64,000 bases of DNA, from positions 186,001 through 250,000 of the forward strand of contig JAVKOQ020000044.1 in the NCBI GenBank assembly GCA_031835245.2, read 5' to 3'. This document shows, one piece after another, positions 14,043 through 25,500 of the stretch (the first letter of the stretch is position 1; every line of letters begins with the position of its first letter). Under the pieces are notes generated by a model that worked only from the letters and a program-made list of their open reading frames with translations, made no database searches and was not told the origin of the DNA. The stretch is from Balamuthia mandrillaris. Lineage: Eukaryota. Both the position numbers and the translations under genes were made by a program.

Positions 14043-15247
14043 ATGAAAAGAATACCGCATCCGTGTCGAAGCGACTTTTGGGGAACAAAGTAGACAGGTA
14101 AGGTTGAGATGAGGAAGTGGGCTTGTTCTGGCGGAATGGGAATTGGGGAAAGACCAAGTCATGCTGAACATCACGTACAGAAGGCACCATTATAATCTGT
14201 GTCTTAAGTTGAAGAGCGTCCAAAGTGTTGTCCAGCTCATGACAAAATCTCTCAAAGGCAAGGTCAAAGCCCAAGGAGAGCTCGCACTCATCCACAAGTG
14301 GGTGGGTGGCGTCGACGAAAGGGCCGAGCAGAAGAATGGCACTGGGCCTGCGTTCTGTGGTAACATGTTGAAGGAGCCGCTGCAGTCGCTCAAATTGTAG
14401 AAACTGGCTGTCAGAGGCGCTTACTGGGACAAAGGGGCCGCACGCCACCAACAAGGACAAGGGTCGCACGGAGCCCTTCTCCCCTCGCTCCTCCACAGAC
14501 AAGTTGGGTAACAAGGCAGAGCTGTAGATGCTCTCGCAAATGATCTTGGCTCCGGTGGGGTTATTCCCCTTCACGACTATTACCTGACCGGAGAATAGGG
14601 CCAGATGAGGGCAGCGACGAAAGTCGAGGCGGATACGATGGTCGCCCCGCTGCAGCACAGCCGAACTCTCGTTGAGCCGTCCTTCCACCTCGCAGTAGAC
14701 CCTTCCGTACGTCCAAAAGCTGCTCTCTCGGCGTAGGTGAAGACTTTCCATTTCAAGTCCCTCTAGACCGTGTTCCTTGCAAATGCCTTGCACCAGATGT
14801 TCCATCTCCCTGTCGAATGCTGGCACAGCATAACATGAAAAGTGCAGTGTTATGATCAGTTGAACCCGCAAGAAAATAAAAAGGTTAAAAACAAACCATC
14901 TTCTCTGTCCTTGAGCTTGTCATACATGTAGGGATAGATGGGCAGCGGAGCACTCAACAGCTGCACAGTTGGGGTAGGAAGGTTAGGCAGGTCTTGGGGG
15001 CTGTCTGATGTCTTTGCGGAAGCTTCCGAGCGGAGCACCACCGTATGGACGGATTCTTCCTTCTCTATGTTAGAAGAAGAAGAAGCCGAGGAAGACCCAT
15101 TTGATTGCGCTTTTGGGACTTGCAAGTCGAAGGTACTGAAAAGCTTCGCTGGGTTTCGTATTCTTTTAAACAGACGGCGGTTGGACTGTGTTTGCACAAG
15201 CATAAACAATGACAAAAAAAAAGGACAAACCTGGGTGCGGCACTCAT
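13269..15247 (-). CDS. POLA2: DNA polymerase alpha subunit B
   Basis: YPYMYDKL, GRV.CE.EGRLN, LFSGQVIVVKGNNPTG, VACGPF, LLGPFVD, VPS.RD..H..VFPQ, NPC, PDLLILPS, CINPG. Start at 15247 is inferred (MSAAPR|IRNPAKLF). Confidence 0.92.
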
Positions 15248-15373
15248 CCGTGTGAATCGCTGATCTCAGTCCTTTCTGCGCAGGAAATGTTTGACCCTCC
15301 TCCCTTCCTTCAGCTTCTTGCTTCTGCTTTGTGTTTGCGTGCAAAGGCAGGAGGATTGAGATTCCCTCCTTTT

Positions 15374-15386
15374 TTTGGCGGGAAAA
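15374..15386. promoter_or_regulatory. E2F-like site upstream of POLA2
   Basis: TTTGGCGGGAAAA about 130 bp 5' of the inferred ATG. Confidence 0.65.
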
Positions 15387-15737
15387 ACGAAGGGTGCTGA
15401 TGTCAGCAGTGCTTCGCCTTTGCAATGCTAGGCGCATGCGGGAGTCGAACCGGGAGCACCCACCACGTCATTCCAGGGAAAAATAGTGTGGACAAAGACG
15501 AAAAATTCCCCACAAAAAAAAAATAACCCAAACAAACAAACAAGAGAGAGAGAAAGGAGAGGAGAGGAGCACTAGTGTTGGAAAGCACTTCTCTCTGCAA
15601 CAAAGCGAATATCAAACCCTTCCCTTCCTTGCATCTTCAACAACACCTTACCCCCTCTCTCTTTTGTTTCCCCTCCCCCTTCTTCATCGTTTTGGTAGTG
15701 CCCGCCAGTTCGCACTTTTTGTTTTTGTTTTTGGCCA

Positions 15738-18700
15738 ATGGCTGAAGAAGACACCCCCACCATTTCCTTCTTTGATGGGGCGGAGGAGGCCTCCTCGCTC
15801 TTTGAAACGGGCTTTGGAAAGGGGAATGCTCAAGGCGAAGAAAACGACTTTTCTGCTCTCTTTCGCGGGGGCAACGATTTCTCTTTGCAGCAGCCGCAAG
15901 CCACGCTCACTGGTCCCCCTGCTGGCGGGACACAATCAACAAAGCCAAACAACGACACGTTGGAGGAGGTATCTCTCTACGATGAGAACAGCAGCCCCGT
16001 TTCAAGCCCTCGGGTTGACGGTGGTGGCCCTGCTTTAAATCAAATTCACTCAACAGCAGCTACTCCGCCAGGCTCTAGCCACAAAACTTCTCCTTTGCAA
16101 CCCTCCTTCCCACAACATAGCAACAGCAGTCCCGCCGCTAGTAAACACGCTGATCAACCGGAGGCAGAGCAAACTGAAGAAGACGCATCATGTCTTTTTG
16201 GGAATGAGGGTGGTTCTTCGGAGGACTCCTCTCCATTTGACTTTGCAACACTCTCAACTTCTTCCTCTCACCCGGCACAAAGCTTCGCTTTGAGCCTCAC
16301 AACCACTCCGCAACCTGTTGCTCCTTCTTCAACAACATATGCCACCGCTACCAAGCCGCCACCGCAACAACAGCAGGCATCCCACGAAGAGGAAGCAGAA
16401 GAGGTGACCCCCGATCTTTTCGGAGGAAGCGAAGACGAGCCCTCGGTCTTTGACACCATCGCGAGGGAACAGCATTTCCCGCCTGCTACCGTAGGCCACA
16501 GCTCTTTTCATTCGCCATTCAATCAGCAAGGCTTTGGGGCCAACCACTTTGCCGCGAGTTATAATAGCAGCAACTTTCACAGCTACCAACAACCTCAGCA
16601 GCCCCAACACCAACAACAGCCCTTTTTCTCTACTCAGCCTCAACAATCGGGCTTGTTATTCCAAGATAGCGGCTTTTTGCAACAGCACCAACAGCAACCA
16701 ATGACCTATGGAGCTCCCTTTTTGCCCAACCCCCATGCACCACAACAAACATCGCCGTTTTTATCGGGGCAAACAACTGCATCCATTTCCGGATATACAG
16801 CCTCTCCTCTTTCATCTTCTCTTTCGCATGTGCCAATCAGGACTGCCGCACGGCTTACGCGCAGTAGCTCCGCTGTGAGCCAAACTCCTGCAATGCATGG
16901 GCCTTCATCTTATTCTGGACTGCATGACTCTTCTTCTTCTACTTTCGCTGCTTCCACTTATTCTTCTTATTCTTCATCCTCTGCTGCGCCCACTATCGCC
17001 ACAGCCACTACTTCGTTCTCTTCCGCGTCGACCACTTCCCGCTACCGCTCTCAGAGCTCGGGAGAAGGAGCTTCCTCCTCTTTCCATTCCAAACAAGCTG
17101 AGGCCAGTCCCTTTTCTCAACCAGGCGGTCATTTGCAGCCTGCCATATCAGCCGACCCTTTATCAACTTTCTTTCCAGCAAGTAGCGGCTCCTCTCAACA
17201 GAGTTCTTTCTCCAATCAACCCATATCCTCTTTCTCCCATTCTTCGATTCAACAAGCGGAGAGCCCACACCTGCATTACCCTTCTCACCACCAGCACCAA
17301 CAACCAAGTCCTCAGTTTCCAAATCTGGCCACCAACGAGGGCTTGACCCGCGTTAGTTCCAGCCCCGATATAAGCCTATTTAACCCGGTTTCTCAACCTA
17401 GTCCCTTGCATTATTCTGCGGGGCACCGTCGTGCACTTTCTGGTGGTCAGATGATAGGCCCACAAGACCATGACCCCCTTCTTTTTCATCGTCCCCATCC
17501 AATTGCTGTCTTCACTTTTGGGGGTTCCTTAATTACGTGCATTCCCGTAGCCGGCCGTACTTTCCGCATCCATAATGTTAGCCTTCCTTCCTTCCTTCAT
17601 TCCTTCCTTTTTTTAAAAATGTTCTTATGTTTCTTTTCTACTTTCTTCGTCCTCTCTCTACTGTTTACTGACGGACCTTTATCTTTGCCAGGGAGTAGCA
17701 CCGGAAAATAGCCATACCCAATACTGCAGTGGTCCCCTCAAGGTATTCCGACTGAACCAAATGCTGACGAATACGAGCTTATATAACTCGTTGAAGCAAT
17801 TTCCTGGTCCTTTGAAAGCCAATTCATCAAAGGTATGTCGTTTCTCACTGCATCCACTATGCAATGATGCTCAGACGTCTGCCAACAGGACAAGGTATTA
17901 CGGTTTATCACAAGCAAAGTAGAAAATCCTGAAGAAGAAATGTTTTCTGAGGACGTTCAGCTATTGTGGGGTCTGTTGAAGATAATGTGCGAACACTATG
18001 GTAGGTTTGCATTCCTTCACCTCTATTCCAATCAACTTAAAACTATGCTCCAGGGGAATTATTGCCACCAGCAGAAGGAAGAAGAAAAGAAAACGTTGGT
18101 TTGCAGCCTGCTCAGAAAGCCATATGCGATTTGCTGTGCGAGGCAAATCATGCCAGCGGTTGGATAAACGATGCAGACCAGGTTTCACTTTCTGTTTCTC
18201 TTCTCTGGTGTATTTTTTTCTTAACATTTTCAAAAGGAACCCATCGCGACACAACTGTTGCCCACTGAGCAGGCCAGACAACGCGCTTTAAAGGAAATAG
18301 AAGGAAAGTTGGCACTTGGTAATTTGGAAGAGGTAAGCAGTCTATTGATTCTGTTTTCTTGTTCTTGTTTTAATTGGGTTGGCGGAAACAAAGGCCTGCA
18401 GCACAGCAGTTTCTGCTCACCTATGGGAACACGCCTTTCTGCTCTCCAGTCAAATAAACCAAGAAACACAAGCCAATGTGGTCAAACAATTCACTTTGAC
18501 TGCCTTGAGAGAAGGGTCTCCTCTTCGTGCCTTGTATTTGTTATATTCAAGACAGCCAGCAGGTTCGTGTGCCTGATGGCATGACCCATAGATCGCGTTC
18601 TCTTTACTTACTCTTGTGTTATTACTTGACAGAATTGTTTCGTAAAAACCAAAACTCCAACGATAGTGCCCTCCTTGACAGTTGGAGAGAAAACCTTGCC

Positions 18701-20576
18701 ATGATTATTGCCAACCGTACTGCTGGCGATATTCGTGTGATAGGTCAATTAGGGGACACCTTGTGGCAAAACAGACGTAGGGCAGCTGCTGCTCACTTCT
18801 GATATCCTTTACCTCCTCTGCCCTTTCCTCTTTGGCGAGTAATATTTGGCGTTTTCATCCTTAACTTTGTCTCACCTATCTCTTAGCAGAACATCCCTTT
18901 GGGCAGTTTGAAAATCCAAATGCGCGACTGATACTACTTGGGGCAGATCACAAGACCCAGAGGAATTATTTTATTAATGCCGAAAGCATGCAACGCACTG
19001 AAGTGTTTGAATATACAAAGAAATTGGGCAATTCTCAGTACTCCTTACCCTCGTTGCAAGTGTACAAGTTTATATACGCTAACCTCTTGGCCGATTACGG
19101 ATTGTTGGAGGAGGCTTGGAAGTACGTTGGCTCTCACAATAGGATTGATTTGTTATTTTGGTTGTTAAAGTTTGTGCTACAGATATTACCAAGCGGTACT
19201 GGCAACCGTAAAGGACAATCTTCCCCAGTACAACAAATTGTTTGTGACGCAGTTGGCTAGCTTTGGCAAACGTCTCACCGAGGTTAATGGGTCATTGTAC
19301 GTACTTCACCTAGCAGTAACTGTTGAATATTTATGGGTTGACTTTTTTTTTTTTGCTATTAGGCCCAGAAATTCCTCATCCTCCAGGCTTTCGACCGTGT
19401 TGTCTTCCTTCCTCACGAAAACGATGAGTGCTATCGTGGGAACTGAGGACTCATTGGAACAAGAAGTGGTGGATCCTTCTGCAGGCATTCCAAAGGATAG
19501 CAATAACCCATCTCCTACCCTTGTTCCGAGTGCCTCTTTTCCCACTGCTGATTCACGAAGCACGGCGACCATGGCCATACCACGCTCTTCCAGCCAAGAT
19601 CACTTCTCTAATGGTGACTTTCAAAGATCGCCAACTTCGTTATCCAGTAGCACGGCTCCGCAAATGCAACCCAGTAGCAGTTCCACCTCCCTGACTAATG
19701 ATGAAAATGATCAAAAAGGCAGCGGATCTTCGCTTTCCAAGTCACCCAGCGAATCGTCCAAATCGGACGACAAAGGGGAAAAGCGTTCGGTACGTTCTCA
19801 AATAGCATGCCTTTACCAAGTTTGCTTTTTTGCTAACCTCCATTCCAATACCCCAACTGTAGAAATGGTGGGAGCGTATTTTCCGTAAATCAGAGTCACA
19901 TGAGATGGTGCTTGGTGGAGAGACTGAGTTTGTGTATAACGAGGAGCTGGGCGTGTGGCACCAAAAGGTACTTGCTCATAGCCTTATCTCTGCTTTTTTT
20001 TTTCGGATTGTGTGGTGATTGATTGATTTTGTGTATCTCTATTAGGGCAAGCCTCCACAAATGCCTGCTAAAGCGCCACCACCGCCGCCCATGTCAACGC
20101 CAATTGAACAGACACCCCAGCGAACGGATGCTGGCCCTCCTCCTCCCTCTTCTTTGAGCAGCAGCCCTGCCCTTGGCGGACCATTAGGCCAATCGAACGG
20201 CCTATCGGGTGGTGCTCCCCCCGCCTTCTCGGCCCAAAATCGCTTCTCTTCATCCTCACGAGGTTCTCGTCGGTACTTGGATTCTTTCAATCCAGAACAA
20301 GAGTTTCAAGCAAGCGCTCCTTCTGCTGGTCCTGCTGGAATGCCTCCGTTTCCTCTTCCCAGTCTTGCCGGTACTCTCTCCCTCTCTTCCTCCCTCTTTT
20401 TTGTTCTTTATTTATTTGTTTGTTTGATCGAAACAGGGAACGGTGGCTCTATGCTAATACCAGGAATGGAAGGAGGGGGTATTGCTGCCCCTGCTGCTCC
20501 TGACGGCTTCAAACCCCTTCAACCACCCTTCTTTGCCCAGCACAATTCAGCACAACCCCCCACCAGTGGTCAATAG
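15738..20576 (+). CDS. SEC16: COPII coat assembly protein Sec16
   Basis: PIAVFTFGGSL, FPGPL, LLWGLLKIMCEHYG, LWEHAFLLSS, SWRENLAMIIANRT, LGDTLW..AAAHFCYLLA, QRTEVFEY, YKFIYANLLADYG, FVYNEELGVW. Confidence 0.93.
18802..18875 (+). other. U12-type (minor spliceosome) AT-AC intron in SEC16
   Basis: Donor ATATCCTTT at 18802, branch point TCCTTAAC at 18858-18865, terminal AC at 18874-18875. Removal gives TG+C TAT CTC TTA GCA = AAAHF-C-Y-L-L-A in frame. Confidence 0.95.
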
Positions 20577-20700
20577 TTTTGGTGGTGGCCCATATCAATC
20601 CGCTCACTGTTTGTCCCGGCGTTGTTGTTACGCTTCTTGTTGCTGCCGTTGTTGTTGTACATAGAAAAAGTGATCGCCGATGTCCCAAAGTGTTTTGCCG

Positions 20701-21055
20701 TTCTCTTCTCTTCATCGTTCTCTCCATCGTTCTCTTCTCTTCATCGTTTTCTCCATCGTTCTCTTCTCTTCATCGTTCTCTTCTTCGTTCTCTTCTCTTC
20801 ATCGTTCTCTTCTCTTCATCGTTCTCTTCTCTTCTCTTCTCTTCTCTTCTCTTCTCTTCTCTTCATCGTTCTCTTCTCTTCTCTTCATCGTTCTCTTCAT
20901 CGTTCTCTTCATCGTTCTCTTCATCGTTCTCTTCTCTTCTCTTCTCTTCTCTTCTCTTCTCTTCTCTTCTCTTCTCTTCTCTTCTCTTCTCTTCTCTTCT
21001 CTTCTCTTCTCTTCATCGTTCTCTTCATCGTTCTCTTCATCGTTCTCTTCTCTTC
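20701..21055. repeat. Compound microsatellite (CTCTT)n / (CTTCATCGTTCT)n
   Basis: Directly visible tandem pentamer and 12-mer units downstream of SEC16. Confidence 0.95.
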
Positions 21056-21448
21056 TGTTCTTGGTTATGATTACAATTTGTGTAATGGCCATTCGAAAAG
21101 TGGCGGGAAAATGCCACCTTTTCTTTTTCAGGAGGGGGAGGATGATGATGCGGTATATGAGCCCTCAATGCCAATTTTTTTTTTGCCGCGTGTTTTTTTT
21201 GGATAATAGAAGAAGCAGAGAGGGGGGCTGAGTGCGAAGAAGCACAAGGGAGACTGATCGTTGGTTGGGGTGCTCGTGATCACGCAAGTAGAGGAGGAAC
21301 CTTCGCTTGTAGCATAGCAGTGTTTGTTGTTTGGTGTTACTTGTATGTTGTTTGGCCTTTGCGTAAACCTTTTCGATTTACTAATGCATATTTTTTTTCT
21401 GCTACGTTTTTTGTGAAGGGGGTAGAGACAGAGACAGATTTCGGTAGA

Positions 21449-22401
21449 ATGAGCGACACAGAGCAATACGACAGCGAGCAAAATGACCTGTTGAATGGGT
21501 CTGCAGAGGAGGAGGAAACTCACGAAGAGAGCGCGGGCCTCGACCTTGGTGAAGACGCCCAACCTCAGCATGAGGAAGAGCCGGATTTGGGTGGTGATGA
21601 GGAAGAGGAAAGGTTCTCCGTGGAGGACTCGGCCATTCGAACGGAAGAAGTAAACGGAGAGGAAGAGCACGAAACTGAGCTACACAATGGCACCGAAGAA
21701 CACAAAGAGGAGGAACACAGCAGCAGTAGTGAGGATGAACAGGAGGAGAAAGGGGACGAAGCGGATGACTTTTTGGAATTGGAGAAGGAAAAGGAGCAGG
21801 TGAAGGAGAAGGAGAAAAAAGAAAAGCTTGCTGCTCCTCAAACCCCCACAAAGAACGGCGCCGACAAACAAACCCCTAAGCGCCCCGCCACAGCCCCAAG
21901 GGCCGCCCCCAAAGGCACTGCCCAAGCCCGAAGGGTTTCTTCCTCCAAACCTGCCACACCTGTCAAGACCCCCAGTCCTGCCAAACCTGCCGGCAAGACC
22001 GTTGGACCCGCCCCAGCTGGCGAGTTCAGCCCCGCTGTTACTAACAAGGCCAAGAAGATCCAGCGCTCTGGCAATGTTTTCGACTCTCTGTACGAGGACG
22101 CCATCAAGCGAAGGGAAAAGAGAGCGTTGGCCCTCCAGCAAAGTAAGTTCTTTTTTGTTCCACAAGGAAGAGATCTTTCTTCTCGCCTTGGATCTTGTCC
22201 CTAACCTTATCTTTACCCCCACTTCTAGTTGAAATGGAAAAACAGAAGGCGGCTCGCAGCCCGGAGGTGTCCAAGTACGCACAAAAGACTGCTCGCGAAC
22301 GCAACGTTTTTGAAGCCCTTTACGCCGATGCCACTGCTAGACGCGAAAAGAAGGAAGGACAGACCCCTAACGCCTCTCCCGCCAAACGCCAACAGCAATA
22401 A
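21449..22401 (+). CDS. Uncharacterised protein: acidic N-half, basic Pro-rich linker, two C-terminal (N)VF.xLY.DA..RREK repeats
   Basis: Long biased ORF plus one GT-AG intron (about 22143-22228) leading to a second exon that repeats the motif. Confidence 0.75.
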
Positions 22402-22649
22402 CTTTTAATAGGTAGTGGATAAAGAAGATCGTCTTACTGCCCCCCTTTTGTTCCCGTCTCCGCTCACTTGCTCTCCTCCCTCTCTTCCTCTCACTCGTTG
22501 GACTATCTCTCTTCTCTCCCGCTCCTATCAACTGCCTCATTACAAACCGAAACGAACAAAGAAGGTGGACAGGATGAAGTTGTGTAACCTATGATAAGAC
22601 AAAGAAAGCACAGAACCAAGAAGTGAAGCAAACAAAGGAAAGGTTATAA

Positions 22650-24388
22650 TTATGTTTCATCAGGGAAGGTTTGGTAGGACACGATAGGATCATAGTTTTG
22701 AGAGGAATCAAAGTCGTTTCTGCTGCTGCCACCACCGCTCCCCAGCGTCTTCTTCTTTTTCTTCTTTTTGGGGAGGGCCACTATCATAGCTGTTATCGGC
22801 AGTATCTCAAAGCCAGCAAAGAATATGACGACCACATACCAGGGCGCATTGTACTCCACCTGCGCCTCGTCATCCTCGTCCAATAAGCTGCGTATGCTCG
22901 ACCAGTACGTCACTATCGCCCGCAGCGTGAACAGAAATGAGAGAGTCGCACTCAAGTATCCCATCTTAAGAGACAGTCAGAGAGAGAATGGGTGAGAACA
23001 AAGAGAAAGGTGATGAAGAAGAAGACGAGGAAGCAAAGGAAAAAGCACGTACTCGCACGCCACGCTGCCGCACGCTGTCTGGAGGAAATAAATAGCGTTT
23101 AAGGAGGTAGTATAGTTTCAAGCCATAGAAGCAGAAGCCAACAGCCGTGCACACGTAGAGGGAGGCAAGCACGATGCCTCGCACCGCATCACAGACGTTG
23201 ATACGGCGACCGTCGTTACGGCCCCATATCCCATACAGCAGAAACACAGCTATCACCACCCCAAAGAACAGCGTAGCAATAGCGGCTAAGCGATGCCTGT
23301 ACTTGAAGATGAACCGCTCGCTCCCATACACTATGTTAAAATACAGTCCTGCCCTATTGACGTTCATTTTGCGGAAGGAGAGGGTCAAATAATTGTAGCA
23401 GAGAAGAAGAAGAAGAAGAAGAAGAAGAAGAAGAAGAAGAAGAAGAAGAAGAAGAAGAAGAAGAAGAAGAAGAAGAAGAAGAAGAACAAGTAGAAGAAGA
23501 AGAACAATAAAGACATAGGAGAGAGAGCTACCAATGAAAAATAAATAGGAGGTAAGTCATGAAGAAGAGACAATCGCCAAGGAAAAATATCATCATAAAC
23601 AGGCCCAATGGAAAAGACTCCAATGGTCCCTCTGCTACGAAAGGAGAGAGGAGGAACATTGTTCCTCTTACTGAAACATAGGGCAATATAATATGTGTTA
23701 GCAGAGAGGAAGAGGAAGAGGAAGAGCAAGAGCAAGAGCAAGAGCAAGAGGAAGAGCAAGAGCAAGAGCAAGAGCAAGAGCAAGAGCAAGAGCAAGAGCA
23801 AGAGCAAGAGCAAGAGAAAGAGCAAGAGCAGAGCAGAGCAAGAGCAAGAGCAAGAGCAAGAGCAAGAGCAAGAGCAAAACAAGGCAAGAGCAAGAGCAGA
23901 GCAAGAGCAAGAGCAAACAAGAGCAAGAGCAAGAGCAGAGCAAGAGCAGAGCAAGAGCAAGAGAGAGACAAGAGCAAGAGCAAGAGCAAACAAGAGCAAG
24001 AGCAAGAGCAAGAGCAAGAGCAAGAGCAAGAGCAAGAGCAAGAGCAAGAGCAAGAGCAAGAGCAAGAGCAAGAGCAAGAGCAAGTGAAAAGCGGAAAAGA
24101 AGGAAAATAACGTCGGTTAAGCAAGCGCACCAAAAAGCAGAGCAGAGGCAACTAGATGCAAAAAGTCTCGTGACTTCCAGTTGGAGCAATGGCACAAGCC
24201 TCTACTCCGCAGAAACGAAATAATAACAGGTCCCAAAAGAAGAATATAAAGCGCGCCCAGAGAGAAAGCCACTATTGACGTACTGCAAAGCACAGAAAGA
24301 TCAGTCTGAGAGAGGGAGGCCAAACACAGGGTGCCTCTAGAGGAAGAAACACAGTGCCAAGAGGTCACCTCGAGTCATATTGCCCCAT
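22650..24388 (-). CDS. Multi-pass (about 7TM) membrane protein, THH1/TOM1/GPR137-like
   Basis: Successive hydrophobic exons (GFCFYGLKLY..L, LFTLRAI, FF..FEILP) with a basic C-tail. 5' end uncertain. Confidence 0.6.
23403..23485. repeat. (GAA)n microsatellite in an intron
   Basis: Pure trinucleotide tract. Confidence 0.97.
23706..24083. repeat. (GAGCAA)n hexanucleotide microsatellite in an intron
   Basis: About 380 bp slightly degenerate hexamer array. Confidence 0.97.
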
Positions 24389-24849
24389 GTTGAGCTTGCC
24401 GATAATCTAACGGCCAACAGAAAAAGCGTGTTATCACAGCCCTGATCGTTCAGCTGAAACGGGAGTTTGCCTCTTACTTGCCTTCCTTCCTTCTTTCTAG
24501 AGTTGCCGCACGAAATAAGAGAAGCACCAAACGCGGCGCATTGGTTATTGGAGGGGGAGGAGGGGGAGGGGAGGTCACAAGCGTCAGTGTCTTTGCTTTT
24601 GCAAGAAGAAGTGCAGAAAACGTTCCAGAAGAAGGAAGGAAGGAAGGGCTGGTTGTGGTGGTGGTGGTGTTGCTGGATAGTGGCGATGAGCCTCAAGGGT
24701 GAACTTCTTCTGGCGAGTTTTCACAAGAGAGAAGTAAAGCAAAAAACATTTTCTTATTTTAGCATTACAATAAAGGCCAACCCTGGCTAACCCTTTGCTA
24801 AACCCTAACCCCTCTGCCGCCCTTCTGCTCCCCCCCAAACCGGAAAGGG

Positions 24850-25089
24850 TCACTTGCGCGAACCGTATGAGTTGGAGAGCTCGTCGTGAATGGCGTCTAT
24901 GATGTCTTCCTTCATGCGGAGGATCTCCTTCCGCATCTGCTTGATGATCTCTCGCTTCATGCCGTCCAGGTCCTCCTCCGACTCCCCTCCTCCGGCGGCC
25001 GGCGAGGCGGACGCCACCATGGACCCCGCCGACGTCTTCTCCTTTCTTCTGTCTTTGTCAGAGTCCCTGTCGCGGCGCAACGAAGACAT
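24850..25089 (-). CDS. Small protein (79 aa) consisting mainly of a VASP tetramerisation-like coiled coil
   Basis: MSSLRRDRD...EDLDGMKREIIKQMRKEILRMKEDIIDAIHDELS; closely parallels the C-terminus of the VASP-like gene at 40360-40499. Confidence 0.7.
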   Translation of the reverse strand: MSSLRRDRDSDKDRRKEKTSAGSMVASASPAAGGGESEEDLDGMKREIIKQMRKEILRMKEDIIDAIHDELSNSYGSRK

Positions 25090-25500
25090 TGTTTCTGGCA
25101 AGGGCTTTGCTGACTCTCTGGCCCTGGGCGCCGGCGCTCTCTCTGCTTCTGCTTCTGCTTCTCTTCGGTGGTCCTCCTCCTCTATACCACTGCTATTCTG
25201 GAGCCAAACCACAAATATATACCTATTTAGGAGAGGGCGTGGCGTCCTTTCACGCCCAAAAGGGTGTTTGCAAGCAGGAAGCGCTTCCCGGTGGTTGTGG
25301 TTGTGGTTGTGGTCGTCGTCGTGGTCTTCGTCGTTCTTAGTTGGGGGTCTTGTCTCGTGCCTTCATCGCACATCTGTTTTGGAGGGAGAGCTAGGGGTGG
25401 CGGGAGGTTTTACCAAGGCGACCGAAGTAGGACCGTTTGGAAAGGTTGGCGGAGGCCTGGTTTGTCTGGGAAGATTTTTATTGTGGATCTCACGGTCTAG

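Noticed and set aside
15400..15475. tRNA-like GGTTCGACTCC on the minus strand
   Set aside because: T-stem pairs only 2 bp and no cloverleaf or acceptor stem can be built.
18800..18802. In-frame TGA at a conserved Cys of SEC16 (pseudogene, selenocysteine or recoding?)
   Set aside because: Fully explained by the AT-AC intron; the spliced codon is TGC.
20579..21231. Three overlapping SSLLF-repeat ORFs; CRISPR-like regularity
   Set aside because: Simple tandem repeat without unique spacers; not coding and not CRISPR.
23293..24195. Poly-L, poly-CS, poly-AL and poly-K ORFs
   Set aside because: Translations of intronic microsatellites.
24787..24812. Telomere-like TAACCC units
   Set aside because: Only two or three degenerate copies; compatible with chance.
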